From the NCBI GenBank assembly GCA_019704295.1, contig AP024596.1:416001-480000 (forward strand): a stretch of 64,000 bases of DNA. Reading direction: 5' to 3'. Below are positions 30,568-40,551 of this stretch, in pieces. A program made the translations under genes and the position numbers. Source of the DNA: Sulfolobales archaeon HS-7 (GTDB lineage: Archaea > Thermoproteota > Thermoprotei_A > Sulfolobales > Sulfolobaceae). Below the pieces are notes generated by a model. The model was not told the DNA's origin. It did not search any database and worked only from the letters and a program-made list of their open reading frames with translations. Within the stretch, counting starts at the first letter, position 1; every line of letters starts with the position of its first letter.

Positions 30568-31213
30568 AGAATTTGATAGAAGTCGCGATTTCCTAGCAAA
30601 GTATCGGTGGTTTGTCTCTCCTGAGGACTCTCCAAAATGGTGGGGGGGTTTGGATAGTCGAGATGAAATAGTAATATCCGCTATACTGGTTCAACAAACT
30701 AGATGGGAACAAGTGGAGAAAACTATATCCGAAATGAAGAGATCAGGAGTTAATGACCTGAGGAAAATAGCATCTCTGAGCGAGAAAGACCTAGACTCAA
30801 TTATAGCTAAAATAAACTTCCATAGAAGTAAGGCTAAGACGCTGATAGAGGCAGCAAGACTCTTGATTAAAAGTAATCCCTCTCGGGAAGCCCTCCTCTC
30901 GATAAAGGGTATAGGAGAGGAAACCGCTGACAGCATATTACTGTTTGGATTTAACGTGAGGACGTTGCCCATTAATTATTTTTTTAGGATTATCTTTTCT
31001 AGAATATCGGGTAAAGTAGATTCCCCTAAGTACATAAGGGATATAGTGCTAAAACAGGACTTCTCCTTATTTGAGTTGAAGCTATTATACGCTGGATTAT
31101 CGACAGTAGGAAAAGCTAATTGCAAGAGAGTTCCTGTGTGTAATACCTGTATAATTAAGAACTTGTGCAATGTTGGAACGGGAAAAGCAGATTATACTAC
31201 TATACATTTCTAA
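30524..31213 (+). CDS. HhH-GPD superfamily protein (endonuclease III-related) with 4Fe-4S FCL motif
   Basis: SAILVQQTRW, LLSIKGIGEETAD, C-terminal CKRVPVCNTCIIKNLC. Confidence 0.85.
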   Translation: MQSKELLHRIVLLNKEFDRSRDFLAKYRWFVSPEDSPKWWGGLDSRDEIVISAILVQQTRWEQVEKTISEMKRSGVNDLRKIASLSEKDLDSIIAKINFHRSKAKTLIEAARLLIKSNPSREALLSIKGIGEETADSILLFGFNVRTLPINYFFRIIFSRISGKVDSPKYIRDIVLKQDFSLFELKLLYAGLSTVGKANCKRVPVCNTCIIKNLCNVGTGKADYTTIHF

Positions 31214-31262
31214 TTACAGGAAATATTCCCTACTGAACCCAACGTTTAGCGATCCATATCCC

Positions 31263-31392
31263 CATTGCAAATTCAGTTTATTTCAATGATTACGAAAAGT
31301 TTAATTCATTACTACCGTAATAACTAGGTAACGATTCACGCTTAACAATTTACTTTATTCCCTTCATATCTCATAAATTACAATTTGCAGGA
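31263..31392 (+). mobile_element. ~130-bp MITE-like element, copy 1
   Basis: Ends CATTGCAAATT...AATTTGCAGGA; aligns over its length with 51254-51384 and with the reverse complement of 36362-36490. Confidence 0.7.
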
Positions 31393-31740
31393 GAACCTTA
31401 GATTATTAGGGTTTGCCACTAACTGTTCCCTGATAGATTAGTACCCAAAACTAGGGAAGCAAATTTCGTTCTCTTTATCTATTCATCATTTTGAGATTAG
31501 TAAATATATGCTTTGTCAAACCTTGAGGGTTAAGTGAAAATCCCTTACAGGAAAATATACAACACGCCTAACTCTCTGGAATACTAGGAATATCGCTCTG
31601 GAAGGTCTGTTATATACGAACCAGTAACCTTGGGTTTTTTTAGGTCTGACGAAGCATAATTATATCAAATTCCTCTCAATTCCGCAGATGAACAGTAAAG
31701 TGAAACTCATCTTTTTAAACTAAGAACGGAATAAGTTTCT

Positions 31741-32526
31741 ATGAAATCGTTACTCGTAATAATACTTTTATTAGGTGTGTTAGCGCCAGTTCTAGTAGCT
31801 AGTAGCCAGGCATCTGGAATGAAGTACGTTGATTACAGACTCCTAATTGGTGATAATACAAATACAGTAAATCTGAACGCAAATTTTACTTCTACCCCAT
31901 CAGGGAACCTTTACAATAATACAGTATATGTTACTGCATCAATAAAAATAGGTAACTTCTCCTCAAGTTACCACTTTACTAAGAGTCATACGTCAAATAG
32001 CAGCTTGGTTGAAAAATTAATCACGTCAAATCTGACACAGCTATTAAACCAGACCTTTAGTCTCACGAATTCGTTCAAAAGCTTTCCACTTAACATATCG
32101 TACAACATTAGTTACGCTCCCAATAGTACAACTACGGTTACCGTTGAATCATCTCAGTATAGCGCTAACATATATAACCTCCACGGACTTATTGTTGCAA
32201 GCTATAATGGAGGGTTAATGTCTCAAACATATTCTGGTAACCTTACATCACATTTATCCGGTCAGGTTGCAGTAATTAAAGTAACTGGAACTTTATATAG
32301 CGCCTATCTCACTGCCACACTAAACACGTACTCATCATCAGGGATGAACTCCATGATGTTTCCCTCATCGCTCAACACATTTTCAATAGAAGTGCAATTG
32401 GTAGGCACTAACGCGTTACCTGTCCAAGGTAACTCCATGATGACTGACGAGATTATTATAGGCGTACCCTCTGTGTTGGCAGTTGTAGGAGCAGTGGCTT
32501 TCTTATTGATAACTAAGAAAATTTAG
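31741..32526 (+). CDS. secreted, C-terminally anchored Ser/Thr/Asn-rich surface protein
   Basis: Signal peptide, many NxS/T sequons, C-terminal TM followed by KKI; T-tract after the stop. Confidence 0.8.
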   Translation: MKSLLVIILLLGVLAPVLVASSQASGMKYVDYRLLIGDNTNTVNLNANFTSTPSGNLYNNTVYVTASIKIGNFSSSYHFTKSHTSNSSLVEKLITSNLTQLLNQTFSLTNSFKSFPLNISYNISYAPNSTTTVTVESSQYSANIYNLHGLIVASYNGGLMSQTYSGNLTSHLSGQVAVIKVTGTLYSAYLTATLNTYSSSGMNSMMFPSSLNTFSIEVQLVGTNALPVQGNSMMTDEIIIGVPSVLAVVGAVAFLLITKKI

Positions 32527-32648
32527 TTTTTTTAAGATAAACTACCTTAAATCCTAGTTAAATTAGATTTCTATTTTTCGCTCTTCGAAAAGTTCTAATA
32601 ACAGCATTACTTAAAGCTAATATTATCATTTATTTAAGGGAGTATTTA

Positions 32649-33479
32649 ATGACAAAGATTTATTTAGGTCCGGCAGGAATACCCCTTTCTACGGAGAAGA
32701 AAAGTACAGTAAATGGTATCAAAAAGGTAAAGGAGTTAGGACTAAACGCAATGGAAATAGAGTTCGTTAGAGGAGTTAACATGTCGGAGAAGGGAGCGAT
32801 CGAGGCGGGAGAGATTGCGTCGCAGCTAGGAGTAAGACTTTCGGCACACGCCCCTTATTACATTAATTTATGTGCTGAGGAAAAAGAGAAAATGGAAGCC
32901 TCAAAAAACAGAATCTTCGATACCGCACATAGGCTAGAACTTATGGGTGGTGACACTATTGCAATACACACAGCATTTTACGGTAAGAGAACTCCCGAGG
33001 AGTGCTATGAAATAATTAAGCAGAATATGCTAGAAATTACGGATAGAATGAAAGATAGCGGAATAAAGCGTGTAAAACTTGGAGTAGAAACCATGGCTAA
33101 GGAAACTGCTTTCGGAACGCTTGAGGAAGTTGTCAAATTATCCAAAGAAGTACCCAGAGTAGTCCCTTACATAGATTGGGCACACACTTTCGCAAGGCTA
33201 GGGGGGAAGATAAATTATGGAGAAGTATTGGATTACGTGATTAAGGAGACTGGTATTACGCACATTAACTCTCACTTCGAGTCATTAGTGTTTAGGAAAG
33301 GAAAGTACGTAGATGTGCATAAAAGCATTGATGATAATGCTCCTCCCTTTGAGCCGTTAGCAAAGGAGTTGATAAAACGGGACATATCAATAACATTAAT
33401 TTGCGAAAGCCCGTTATTGGAGGAGGACGCGTTAAAGATGAAAAAGGTACTAGAGGACCTAGGTTACTCTCTAAGCTAA
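32649..33479 (+). CDS. nfo: endonuclease IV (AP endonuclease family 2)
   Basis: SAHAPYYINL, GVETM, IDWAH, H, ICESP. Confidence 0.93.
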   Translation: MTKIYLGPAGIPLSTEKKSTVNGIKKVKELGLNAMEIEFVRGVNMSEKGAIEAGEIASQLGVRLSAHAPYYINLCAEEKEKMEASKNRIFDTAHRLELMGGDTIAIHTAFYGKRTPEECYEIIKQNMLEITDRMKDSGIKRVKLGVETMAKETAFGTLEEVVKLSKEVPRVVPYIDWAHTFARLGGKINYGEVLDYVIKETGITHINSHFESLVFRKGKYVDVHKSIDDNAPPFEPLAKELIKRDISITLICESPLLEEDALKMKKVLEDLGYSLS

Positions 33480-33803
33480 CTTAAACGACGGTTTTTGAGC
33501 CTCATGAGTTCCCATATACACCAGGCAAAGTTATTGGAAATCCATAATTCCGAACATCGAGGCGGAATTATTCATGGAAATATGACAAATTCCGTTTATT
33601 TACACTAATGTAATAAATTTTATTGAATGTTATAGCGCGGTTAGGAATTTGCTCTTGGTTTTCTTCATTGTATTTACCTGTTTATGAAACGTAACTCCCG
33701 AAGAAATCTGAGCTATCCTGAACAGCGCCTTTAAGGATAAAGTTATAAAACATTAATCTTACTAAAATATAGTGAAAATTGCTGAGATTAGAGGTGTATT
33801 AAG

Positions 33804-35219
33804 ATGAGTTCTATTAAAATCCTCTCGGCGTTCATTATTACAATTATTGTACTAACTACTGCTTTAGCTACACTTTATTTGTATACTCCGGTGCTAATAG
33901 GATATCAAACGACATCAGATGGTGTAATAGTATATTTTAAGAACGTTTTTGACCCATCTTTTATAATAAAAACATATGTAAATAATGCGTTAGCAAGCAC
34001 TATAATCTCGGTTTACATTAATCAACCCAATAACGTGAAATTTTATAAAGACTATTATGGGCAAACGTTAAAAATACCTTTTTCCGCAATAACGGAGTAC
34101 ATTAAGCCGTGGGAGAAATATAACGTAATAAATACGTCGTTACTTATTATAGCAACATATATACAGGGAGGAAAAGCGTACACGGCTGCAGAAGAAGTGG
34201 AGTATAACCCCTCCTGGCTATTGAATAACAATCCAATACAAATTGTCGCAACAATTAACATAGTACCGCACTTAGTAAAAGCGAACAACACAACAGGTGA
34301 GCAAATTACCGAACAACTAACAAACACTAGTAATGCGACAAAATACCCTTACACAATAAACGTAACCGAGAAGGAGTATGACGAACCGCAAATATATCTC
34401 TCCTCAGCTGTTTTCACGCCGGTCACAAGCATTACTTATTTCTATAATTTCTCTGTCCCATTGACCTGGGTAACACTAAGCAACAACGTGAAAAATAAGG
34501 ACAACTACACGTGGATAACTGTTGGAACCTGCTTTTTTGGTGGTAATGCAAGTTGGTTCGGAGTAAGTAACCCTAAAGGTTCATATATAGGAGTTTCCTA
34601 TTCAACCCATATACATGATACTATTTATGATAGCCCGGTTAAAGCTAGTCTTTCAAATTTATCTTACCCAATAATTTACAATTACTATAATGCTACGATT
34701 GCAGCAGTTACTTATGTGGTGTGTAAGAGTATACGTGGTCTTAATATACCGGTAGGAAATACATCAGTCTTGGAAATTTCTTCTATATCTGGTCTCGGAA
34801 GTAACGTCGAGAGTGGTGATGGTGTGACTCGTATTGTTTTCACTAATTCTACTGGTAAATATGTTTATTATTTACATATTGGTAATGGTAGCGTAAAGTT
34901 ATTTTATACCTATTTTGGGGAATTTATTAAGACTCTGAAAGGTCTCCAATACGGTTATGTGTATAAGGAAAATGGGAAAATTGTAAAAGCAGAAAACGTT
35001 AGTATCGGAGGAAACAATGACTGCTTTTACGTTTGGTGTATTTTAAGACCCAACAACCAACCAGAATTACGTCCCATAGGCACACAAGCGATGCTTGTTT
35101 CATCCGGTAATGCTCAGGTATATTTTAGCTATTTTTATTATTCTACTAGTTGGGGAATGCCTATATCAGGTTTCATACTTAACTATTCATCTTATTACGA
35201 GGGGTTGAAGTACGAATAG
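33804..35219 (+). CDS. AT-rich secreted/membrane-anchored hypothetical glycoprotein
   Basis: 471 aa, N-terminal TM/signal, Y/N/T-rich; GAGGTG SD upstream. Confidence 0.8.
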   Translation: MSSIKILSAFIITIIVLTTALATLYLYTPVLIGYQTTSDGVIVYFKNVFDPSFIIKTYVNNALASTIISVYINQPNNVKFYKDYYGQTLKIPFSAITEYIKPWEKYNVINTSLLIIATYIQGGKAYTAAEEVEYNPSWLLNNNPIQIVATINIVPHLVKANNTTGEQITEQLTNTSNATKYPYTINVTEKEYDEPQIYLSSAVFTPVTSITYFYNFSVPLTWVTLSNNVKNKDNYTWITVGTCFFGGNASWFGVSNPKGSYIGVSYSTHIHDTIYDSPVKASLSNLSYPIIYNYYNATIAAVTYVVCKSIRGLNIPVGNTSVLEISSISGLGSNVESGDGVTRIVFTNSTGKYVYYLHIGNGSVKLFYTYFGEFIKTLKGLQYGYVYKENGKIVKAENVSIGGNNDCFYVWCILRPNNQPELRPIGTQAMLVSSGNAQVYFSYFYYSTSWGMPISGFILNYSSYYEGLKYE

Positions 35220-35238
35220 GCTAATATATTTTTTCGTA

Positions 35239-35691
35239 GTGTATTTACTATTTTTCTTTATAGGGCTGTTATTTTATGACTTAAGTGACTTGCTCACTGC
35301 TTATCCCATTCCAGTACCCTCATTCCTATTTTATACACCTCTCACCCATATGGTATTTATCGACATTCAAATTTTGGCAACACCTCTACTATTCTTGCTA
35401 TTCTATTTTGCGACAAAAAAGAACAACGTTCTTACTCTAATTATAGGGTATTACATAATGTTCGTTCTATTCTTTTTTTCGCACGCAGTTTTTTTCCTCT
35501 TCATTTTATCATTGATTGGTCTAGGAATGTTCATCACAGTAATTCCCAGTTTTACCTCAGTCTTGAGTAAAGTATTTTGGGGAATATCATCGCTCTATTT
35601 GATAGTGATGATGGTGAGCCCCTATTACTCATTATTTATAATACCTAGTGTAATAGCTTCTGGAGCGGAAATAATGAAGTTAGTGAAATAG
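35239..35691 (+). CDS. small polytopic membrane protein
   Basis: 150 aa, almost entirely hydrophobic, 19 bp downstream of the secreted-protein gene. Confidence 0.65.
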   Translation: MYLLFFFIGLLFYDLSDLLTAYPIPVPSFLFYTPLTHMVFIDIQILATPLLFLLFYFATKKNNVLTLIIGYYIMFVLFFFSHAVFFLFILSLIGLGMFITVIPSFTSVLSKVFWGISSLYLIVMMVSPYYSLFIIPSVIASGAEIMKLVK

Positions 35692-35711
35692 GGGTTGCCC
35701 GTTCACATTTC

Positions 35712-35765
35712 CTTTGGGAATTCAGTTTATTTCATTAGTTTAAGATAAAGTAATTGACTATACAC
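35712..35765 (+). repeat. truncated copy (left end) of the ~130-bp MITE family
   Basis: CTTTGGGAATTCAGTTTATTTCA matches CATTGYRAATTCAGTTTATTT of the full copies. Confidence 0.6.
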
Positions 35766-35798
35766 AGAATAACATTAATTAGGAGGGGGAAACATGTC

Positions 35799-36080
35799 AT
35801 GAACTCACTCCTTCTTGACAAAAGGAGCTTCCTGTTTCAAGACTTCACTCTGGCTAGAGGGCTCCGCACACCATGATGATCACATCCCGAGTTTACGTTA
35901 GTGCCCCGCATAGGACAACCGATTAGAGCAGAGATATACCACGACGGTCCTCGCTCAGGCGTCTTGGGACGCTTACTCCGTCAATCGCTGTCATTGATTT
36001 ACGGGTTGGAAACTACTTAAACTTATACAAAGGGGCCTATCTATCCTCGTGGATCTTCCGTCCCCAAATCCTCCATCGAG
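35799..36080 (-). mobile_element. non-autonomous IS200/IS605-derived element (SMN/PATE-like) with structured omegaRNA-like interior
   Basis: Minus strand: TTTAA immediately outside the left boundary, GGGGACGGAAGATCC left end, AAGTTTAAG TATA-like box, nested hairpins GACGG/CCGTC and GCGTC/GACGC, right end GAAACAGGAAGCTCCTT...AAGGAGTGAGTTCAT. Confidence 0.72.
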
Positions 36081-36361
36081 TTAAATTGTTTTCCACACTA
36101 CGTAACACTGAAAAAGATTTTTCGTAAAGCGTCTACTCGACATTGGTAGGATTTATTAGTAGAGGAGAACAGAAACGAAGGAACAAAGAATAAGGGTATT
36201 AGTCTGATAACTTCTCGGAAATACCATTAATTTTCCGGGCGATACCAATGTTAGTAACTATGAATATTTCCTAATATTTATTAACTTATTATCTTGTAAT
36301 TATATTTTTAGACCTTAAAGACCCATAGTCCTTTTACGAGCCCTTGGGACATTCACACTTT

Positions 36362-36490
36362 CATTGTTAATTGTAATTTCAGAGAGAGCAAGAGAAAATA
36401 CAGTAAGTCGCTAAGTTTAAATCCCCTCAGTGATTGCGGAGGTATTGAATTAAATTTGTTACTGTTATGAAATAAAATGAATTCACGAAG
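36362..36490 (-). mobile_element. ~130-bp MITE-like element, copy 2 (inverted)
   Basis: Reverse complement starts CTTCGTGAATTCATTTTATTTCA and ends AAATTACAATTAACAATG, matching both ends of the other copies. Confidence 0.65.
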
Positions 36491-36677
36491 GAGATGTGAA
36501 TAGTCAATTACCGAGTTCGCAACGAATTAGTTGATTTTAGACTAAAAAAATAAAGTGAATCCACAATTAAGTGTGAACGGCCCTCACAAGAGTACAGAAT
36601 TTCTAATTATTTAGATTAACTAAATTTTAGGGCTAGGAATTCGCTCATGAACAGCATAAAATTCAAGAATGTTCTAG

Positions 36678-37079
36678 TTAAGTTCCCTCCAAGTAAGACA
36701 GTAACATTTCTAATCCCTTATCTTTGCCACTTGCGATCTCGTACCCTATTCTCATCCAGAGATCGATTCCGCCTAGCATATTGTAGCACTTCCTGAATAA
36801 GTTACTTTTTGTCCGGGTGAGGTAATAGCTTCTATTTCCGTGTTCGCATGCGATCACAACCTCCTTATCTGCAAGAATATTAGCGAAATCTTCAACGAAT
36901 TCCATCGGAATAAGTATTGAACCAGGAATGTGATGATCCAAATACTCCTCAATAGTCCTGATATCCACTATCATCACTTCACCTCTTCTGTACATCCTCC
37001 TTACCGTTGAGGGATACTCGTCAATGACATTCCTCAAATAAGGCATCCGATACTCCGATATTTTCACGGTATTGGACAA
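36678..37079 (-). CDS. single-domain rhodanese (sulfurtransferase)
   Basis: IVDIR...EY...HIPGS, active-site loop CEHGNRS, MLGGIDLW. Confidence 0.9.
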   Translation of the reverse strand: MSNTVKISEYRMPYLRNVIDEYPSTVRRMYRRGEVMIVDIRTIEEYLDHHIPGSILIPMEFVEDFANILADKEVVIACEHGNRSYYLTRTKSNLFRKCYNMLGGIDLWMRIGYEIASGKDKGLEMLLSYLEGT

Positions 37080-37144
37080 GATAGTGTTAATTTAAACTTT
37101 ATTACGAATGATGAACCACAAACTATTACGAAAGGCGGAATATC

Positions 37145-37447
37145 ATGAGAAACGAACTGTTGAACAGAGCAATATTTCTGATCAACTACGCTAGGAGATT
37201 GGCAGAGTCCGGTTACCTGGATATAAGCAGGGAGGTCGTGAAGCTGGGATTGACGTATTCCTCAAAAGGAAGAGTAAGGCTCCCCCTAGAGGTAAAGAGA
37301 AGTTTTTGCAGGAAGTGTTATGTTCCATTAATTATTGGGAAAACTGAGACAAGAAGAATAAGAAGGGGATATATTGTAAGGACTTGTAATTTATGCGGAT
37401 GGAAAAGGAAATATCCTGTAAGAAATCTAAGGGGTAAAATTCCATAG
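37145..37447 (+). CDS. rnp4: ribonuclease P protein component 4 (Rpp21)
   Basis: KRSFCRKCYVPLIIG...RTCNLCGWKRKYP zinc ribbon. Confidence 0.92.
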   Translation: MRNELLNRAIFLINYARRLAESGYLDISREVVKLGLTYSSKGRVRLPLEVKRSFCRKCYVPLIIGKTETRRIRRGYIVRTCNLCGWKRKYPVRNLRGKIP

Positions 37448-37579
37448 TGTCGTAAATCGGAAGTGCTTCATTATTTAAATTTCCTCTCGAGTAAAAAGTA
37501 CCTATTCCTATCGGGCTCTAAATTCATGATTTTAATACAAAACGTTGCTTGTCTCTCCGCTATACTACGACTTACTTCT

Positions 37580-37915
37580 TTAGATTTTGACTGTGTTGAA
37601 TTGGACGCGTTCGTCAACGAATATAGCCATCACTCTATCCCCTATAGTCGCTGGAGAAACTACATTAGCGTACATCTTGAACCCTTCCTCCATCTCAATT
37701 ATGGCATAGTAGTATGTCCTTCCACCGTTGTTAAAGGAAGTAATTGAGTACACTTTTCCTGATCCCTTACTTTCGGAAACTTCAAACTCATGGGAGGTGC
37801 ATTTAGGACACCTAACCTTAGGATAGTATGTGGAATATCCGCATTTTTTGCACCTTAAGTAAGGAAGTCGTCCTTTCCTAATGATGTCTCCATATTTGAC
37901 CAGAAGGTCCTCCAT
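37580..37915 (-). CDS. DUF35 (Zn-ribbon + OB-fold) protein
   Basis: CKKCG...YPKVRCPKC, GKVYS, IEMEEG; directly downstream of the thiolase-like gene. Confidence 0.9.
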   Translation of the reverse strand: MEDLLVKYGDIIRKGRLPYLRCKKCGYSTYYPKVRCPKCTSHEFEVSESKGSGKVYSITSFNNGGRTYYYAIIEMEEGFKMYANVVSPATIGDRVMAIFVDERVQFNTVKI

Positions 37916-37916
37916 C

Positions 37917-39059
37917 CTATTCTCCCCGTAAAACCATTGTAACTGAGTGGGCTCTATTCCACCCGCCTATGCCGTTAATTAAAACCCTTTGTACTCCCTT
38001 TACTTGTCTCCCCATTGCGCGTCCTCCCAACTGTTCTATTGCCTCTTCTAGGATAACGCCCCCGCTCATGAAGGCCGGCTGGCCGGTATTAAGCGTTCCA
38101 CCGCCAGTGTTAACGGGAATCTCTCCTGTGGGGGACACATCCTTTTCCTCGAAGAACTTCCCTCCATCTCCCTTCTTTGCAAGTCCCAGATCCTCTACCT
38201 GTAATAATACCGTTATGGTGAAAGAATCGTAAAGTTCTAAGGCATCTACCTTATCCAGATTTACTCCTTTTCCGCTCTCGAGTGCAGGAGTATAGGTGAC
38301 GTCTAGGTCTCTATCAGGCGGCATTTCTGGCCAATGAGCTTCCCTATAAAATTCTACTGAAACATCAACGTAATCTCCGGTTAATCCCTTTCCTACAAGA
38401 AAGAGATTAAATCCATCAATTGGATATACCACTTCTAATAATCTTAAAGGATCCGCTATCATTCTCGAGGACAAAACTTCCTTAACTGAAAGAGGACTCT
38501 TGTAAATTGCCTTAGGATTTGACTCCGCATTTTTCCTTTGCTTAACCGAAATCGTAGCCCTCTCCTCATCGGTGGAATGGTAAAGGAACTTATGTCTGTT
38601 GGCCACAAGAGCATAATCCGTTACTGGATTCATATCATCGTAAATCCTGAAAAGCTCGTCATAGGGTGTAATTGAGTAAGGCAGTACTTTGTCAACGGAG
38701 TCTGCTGTGAATCCCTTTTCCCTTAACATTGAGCCCTTACCTCCCACAACACATAGAATTTTTTCCGCCATCCCTGCCTCTACAGCCCTTATCGCTTCGT
38801 AAAGCATTGTCATGGCTGACGGTCCACCGATATCAAGCACTCTCAAAATTCTGGGTTTTATTCCTAAAAACGACGAAATCTGCGTTGAAGGAAAGTGTAA
38901 CTCCTTTTTGTCGAAAGTCCCCGGAAGTTGTGTGAAGAACAGTCCGTCAATCGTACTGGTTTCAGTGTTAGCAGATAAATCGATAAAGACCTCCTTAAGT
39001 AGATCGACTACAGACCCTGAATACTTCTTATATAATTTACTAGCGTATGCAACTCTCAT
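37917..39059 (-). CDS. thiolase-superfamily protein (SCP2/Ltp2-like, lacks nucleophilic Cys)
   Basis: NAESNPKA, ELYDSF, EDLGL, PVNTGGG, EAIEQL; DIGGPSA at the usual Cys position. Confidence 0.85.
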   Translation of the reverse strand: MRVAYASKLYKKYSGSVVDLLKEVFIDLSANTETSTIDGLFFTQLPGTFDKKELHFPSTQISSFLGIKPRILRVLDIGGPSAMTMLYEAIRAVEAGMAEKILCVVGGKGSMLREKGFTADSVDKVLPYSITPYDELFRIYDDMNPVTDYALVANRHKFLYHSTDEERATISVKQRKNAESNPKAIYKSPLSVKEVLSSRMIADPLRLLEVVYPIDGFNLFLVGKGLTGDYVDVSVEFYREAHWPEMPPDRDLDVTYTPALESGKGVNLDKVDALELYDSFTITVLLQVEDLGLAKKGDGGKFFEEKDVSPTGEIPVNTGGGTLNTGQPAFMSGGVILEEAIEQLGGRAMGRQVKGVQRVLINGIGGWNRAHSVTMVLRGE

Positions 39060-40531
39060 TTCTTCTCACGTAACGCTCTTCTTAACACTTTACCTGAGGC
39101 ATTTTTAGGTATTTCGTCAACAATAAATACTTCGCGAGGTACTTTATAGGGAGTTAGTTTTTCTCTACATAGAGTAATAATTGAGTTTTCAATCCCAATA
39201 CAGTCACCCCTGGGTTTAACGAAAGCGACTACTCTCTCTCCGCGATATTCGTCTGGAAGACCAACGACGGCTACTTCTTCAACACAAGGATGACTGTAGA
39301 TTACTTCTTCCACCTCGCGTGGAATTACCTTAAAACCGGAGGTATTTATGATGTCCTTTTTCCTATCTATTACGTATACCCAACCGTTGATTAGCTTACC
39401 AAGATCCCCTGTTGGTAACCATCCTCCCGGGAATCCCTCCTGATAAAGATATCCTTTTACTACCTGGGGACCCCTTACGAAAATTTCCCCATCTCTGATA
39501 TCAATCTCCGTATTATACACTGGAATACCCGAACTGACGACCCCTGTTTCAGGATCCACAGGCAAAGGTCCGGTATAAGGGTAGGGCCAAAGCGTAGCAG
39601 GTGACGTAGTTTCGGTTAGACCCCACGCCATATATATCCACGAACCTGTCTTTTTTTTCCACTCCTCTTCCACAGACCTCGGCATTGCCATTCCTCCCGA
39701 GGACCAAAGTCTCATGCTTTCTATATCTCCTTGGAGATTTCTTAACATAGCTATATAGGCAGTGGCTACGGCCATAGTGACAGTGGTTTTATTCTTCTCT
39801 GCATCTAGTAAGGACATTTCCGGTTCAAACTTATAATGCATAGAGATCTTACCACCTGCCATAATCATTGAAGTAATGTGGAATATCTCCCCTGTGATAT
39901 GGTAGAATGGAGCTATACCTAGTACTACATCCTCTGGAGAAAATAAAAACCACTTGTTGTAAATTAGGGAGGAAGCGAATATATTGGAATGCGTTATCGG
40001 AACCCCCTTCGGTCTTCCCGTTGTACCTGAGGTGTAAACGATCAAAGCGATATCGTCTTTTTTTGGGCTTAAAGGAGGCAACTCTCCTCTAAGGGTCAAG
40101 AGCTCCTCTTCACAGTCTGGAATATCCCACTTATGAATGTAAGGATTTCCCAGACTTAGGGGATTAGTTTTAATTACTTGTAAATTACTTGGGCTTCTCA
40201 CTTCACACGACTCTATTGCGATCTTCGCTTTTGAATCCGAAATTAGGTAATTTTTCTCCTCCCTAGAAAGAAGGGGGTTTAATGGAAGCACTACTCCCCC
40301 CAAAGACCAAATTGCGTATTCCGCAATTACAAATTGAGGTATGTTATTCATAGAGATCGCAACTACATCACCTCTAGAAACTAATTCTGAAAGTCCTCCG
40401 GCGATCTTTTTTACAAGATTTCCGAAATCCCGATAGGTAGTGCCCTTCCCGAAATAGGTTAGGACGTACCTGTCACCGAACATTGAAATTGATCTATCTA
40501 GCACTTCCACTGCTGTGAGAGGAGAAGTCAA
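39056..40531 (-). CDS. acyl-CoA synthetase (AMP-forming)
   Basis: YTSGTTGRPKG, WGLTET, TGDLG, DRKKD, PKNASGK. Confidence 0.93.
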   Translation of the reverse strand: MTSPLTAVEVLDRSISMFGDRYVLTYFGKGTTYRDFGNLVKKIAGGLSELVSRGDVVAISMNNIPQFVIAEYAIWSLGGVVLPLNPLLSREEKNYLISDSKAKIAIESCEVRSPSNLQVIKTNPLSLGNPYIHKWDIPDCEEELLTLRGELPPLSPKKDDIALIVYTSGTTGRPKGVPITHSNIFASSLIYNKWFLFSPEDVVLGIAPFYHITGEIFHITSMIMAGGKISMHYKFEPEMSLLDAEKNKTTVTMAVATAYIAMLRNLQGDIESMRLWSSGGMAMPRSVEEEWKKKTGSWIYMAWGLTETTSPATLWPYPYTGPLPVDPETGVVSSGIPVYNTEIDIRDGEIFVRGPQVVKGYLYQEGFPGGWLPTGDLGKLINGWVYVIDRKKDIINTSGFKVIPREVEEVIYSHPCVEEVAVVGLPDEYRGERVVAFVKPRGDCIGIENSIITLCREKLTPYKVPREVFIVDEIPKNASGKVLRRALREKK

Positions 40532-40551
40532 TTCGGGTAAGAATTCACCTT

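Noticed and set aside
33544-33571. 9-bp hairpin ATAATTCCG/CGGAATTAT downstream of nfo
   Set aside because: Single short stem with no other support; could be chance or an operator
37108-37150. Possible C/D box sRNA (ATGATGA) upstream of rnp4
   Set aside because: No convincing D'/C'/D (CTGA) boxes at the expected spacing
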